From the NCBI GenBank assembly GCA_024278555.1, contig JAJRSX010000183.1, forward strand, positions 4,043-68,042: 64,000 nt of DNA. Direction: 5' to 3'. Shown here piece after piece: positions 63,188-64,000 of the stretch. How positions within the stretch are numbered: the stretch's first letter is position 1; each line of letters begins with the position of its first letter. This DNA comes from a bacterium. GTDB taxonomy: Bacteria; CG2-30-53-67; CG2-30-70-394. The translations under genes and the position numbers were made by a program. Under the pieces are notes generated by a model that was not told the DNA's origin, searched no databases, and saw only the letters and a list, made by a program, of their open reading frames with translations.

Positions 63188-64000
63188 TCAAAACCCGATT
63201 GTCGCCATCACGTACCCCTGGTCGTTGGCGGTGAAGGCGCCGAGGGCGGTGTGCTTGTTGCCGGTGAAGAGCTCCAGACCCGCCTCGACGGTGAGGTGGT
63301 CGTTCACCTTGTACTCGACCCGCGGTCGCAGGTAGCTGGCGTTGTCGCCGAGGTCCCAGGCGGCATAGAAGGCGGGGGTGAGGGTGCCGGCGAGGAGGTC
63401 GTACTGGAGGGTAGCGACCACGGTCGCCGCCTGTTTGCCGACGAAGAGCAGCGATCCGGATTCCTCCACCCACTGCTGGACGACCTGGAGGTTGCCGTAG
63501 AAGGCGTCCCGGGTGAGGTCGGCGCCGACGCCGATGAGGGTCTGGTCCGCCTCGTACACGGTGATGCTCCCGTCCGCCGCCTGCCCCTGGTACTGGGCGC
63601 CGAGGGTGCGGGCGACCTCGGCGCGGACGCCGTAGTCGCCGAGGGTCGTCTCCAGCTCGCCGCCCACGGTGACCACCCACGGGTAGTCGGCGGCCACCGC
63701 CGAGTCGGCGGCGAGGAGCGCCGCCCGCACCGCGGGCCCGGCGAGGGGGTCGGCGAGGGTGGCGGCGGTCGCCTCCGGGTCGAAGAGGGCGGCCAGCGTC
63801 GGGGCGTCGCCGCGGAAGACCGGGAAGCGCTGGTGGTAGACGAGTCCGTCGATGGCGAAGTCGACGTCGCCGATGGTGGAGCGGAGGCGCGCGCCGACCT
63901 CCGTGTCGCCCCAGCCCGGGGCGTTCACGTCGACGGCGAGGTCGTTGAAGCGGCGTGCTAGATCGACGTCGGCGGCGGTGGCCGCGGCGCCCGCCTGCCG
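63188..64000 (-). CDS. outer-membrane beta-barrel protein (DUF1302-like?), 5' end beyond window
   Basis: The C-terminus ...GYVMATIGF has a terminal Phe with an alternating hydrophobic pattern. The ORF remains open to the window edge. Confidence 0.4.
   Translation of the reverse strand, partial: RQAGAAATAADVDLARRFNDLAVDVNAPGWGDTEVGARLRSTIGDVDFAIDGLVYHQRFPVFRGDAPTLAALFDPEATAATLADPLAGPAVRAALLAADSAVAADYPWVVTVGGELETTLGDYGVRAEVARTLGAQYQGQAADGSITVYEADQTLIGVGADLTRDAFYGNLQVVQQWVEESGSLLFVGKQAATVVATLQYDLLAGTLTPAFYAAWDLGDNASYLRPRVEYKVNDHLTVEAGLELFTGNKHTALGAFTANDQGYVMATIGF

Overview
This is a high-GC (~68%) bacterial chromosomal window, and the gene content (atypical nosZ, PEP-CTERM protein, Myxococcus-type cysteine-rich repeats) suggests a Myxococcota/Anaeromyxobacter-like delta-proteobacterium by inference only. 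Everything below comes from reading the sequence and recalling family signatures; no searches were run.

The window contains, in order:
- **nos cluster (1-10.7 kb):** partial c-type cytochrome, nosZ, a single 1103-aa ORF fusing a NosR-like FMN/ferredoxin membrane protein to NosD, nosF, nosY, then a copper-handling module (SCO1/SenC, TAT-exported transglutaminase-like protein, TlpA-like thioredoxin, 72-aa CxxCGM metal-binding lipoprotein).
- **Type I-G (I-U) CRISPR-Cas locus (11.2-22.2 kb):** cas3 with C-terminal HD, csx17/cas8u2, csb1/cas7, csb2/cas5-6, cas4-cas1 fusion, cas2, AT-rich leader and a 14-repeat array (36-bp repeat ATTTCCGCAGCGTTAACGCTGCGGCCCCATTGAAGC). A decayed DUF4258/DUF2283 toxin-antitoxin cassette sits between csb2 and cas4/cas1.
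- **Housekeeping block (22.5-38.2 kb):** tadA-like deaminase, CBS protein with a poly-G frameshift, NapG-like ferredoxin, hrcA-grpE-dnaK-dnaJ, lolD, a REC-HK/REC-GGDEF pair, proS, a TusE-type sulfur-relay gene immediately preceded by a SelW/Rdx-like selenoprotein gene with an in-frame TGA (CGQU motif) that an ORF finder misses, and acs.
- **Accessory region (38.2-64 kb):** two tandem Acetyltransf_5-type N-acyltransferase paralogs, a patatin-like phospholipase, hipBA, a ThiF-like E1 with a nitroreductase-like partner, a TPR membrane protein, a ~1284-aa secreted protein full of Myxococcus cysteine-rich repeats plus a new ~100-aa triplicated module, a lower-GC island (GMC oxidoreductase, aldo-keto reductase, GT2/21 glycosyltransferase) lying between that protein and a PEP-CTERM protein that share a ~330-aa N-terminal domain, an MMPL/RND transporter, an MNT/HEPN pair, and a partial outer-membrane beta-barrel gene.

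Features no ORF track explains: at least five copies of a ~170-bp MITE-like element with terminal inverted repeats (core GGAG[T/C]CTGTCGGAC) in accessory intergenic regions, a TTCGTG direct-repeat motif with 9-10 bp periodicity sharing an exact 14-mer at two distant loci, and telomere-like CCCTNAC heptamer runs / G4-prone tracts in intergenic regions. Most of the long antisense ORFs in the track are high-GC artefacts.
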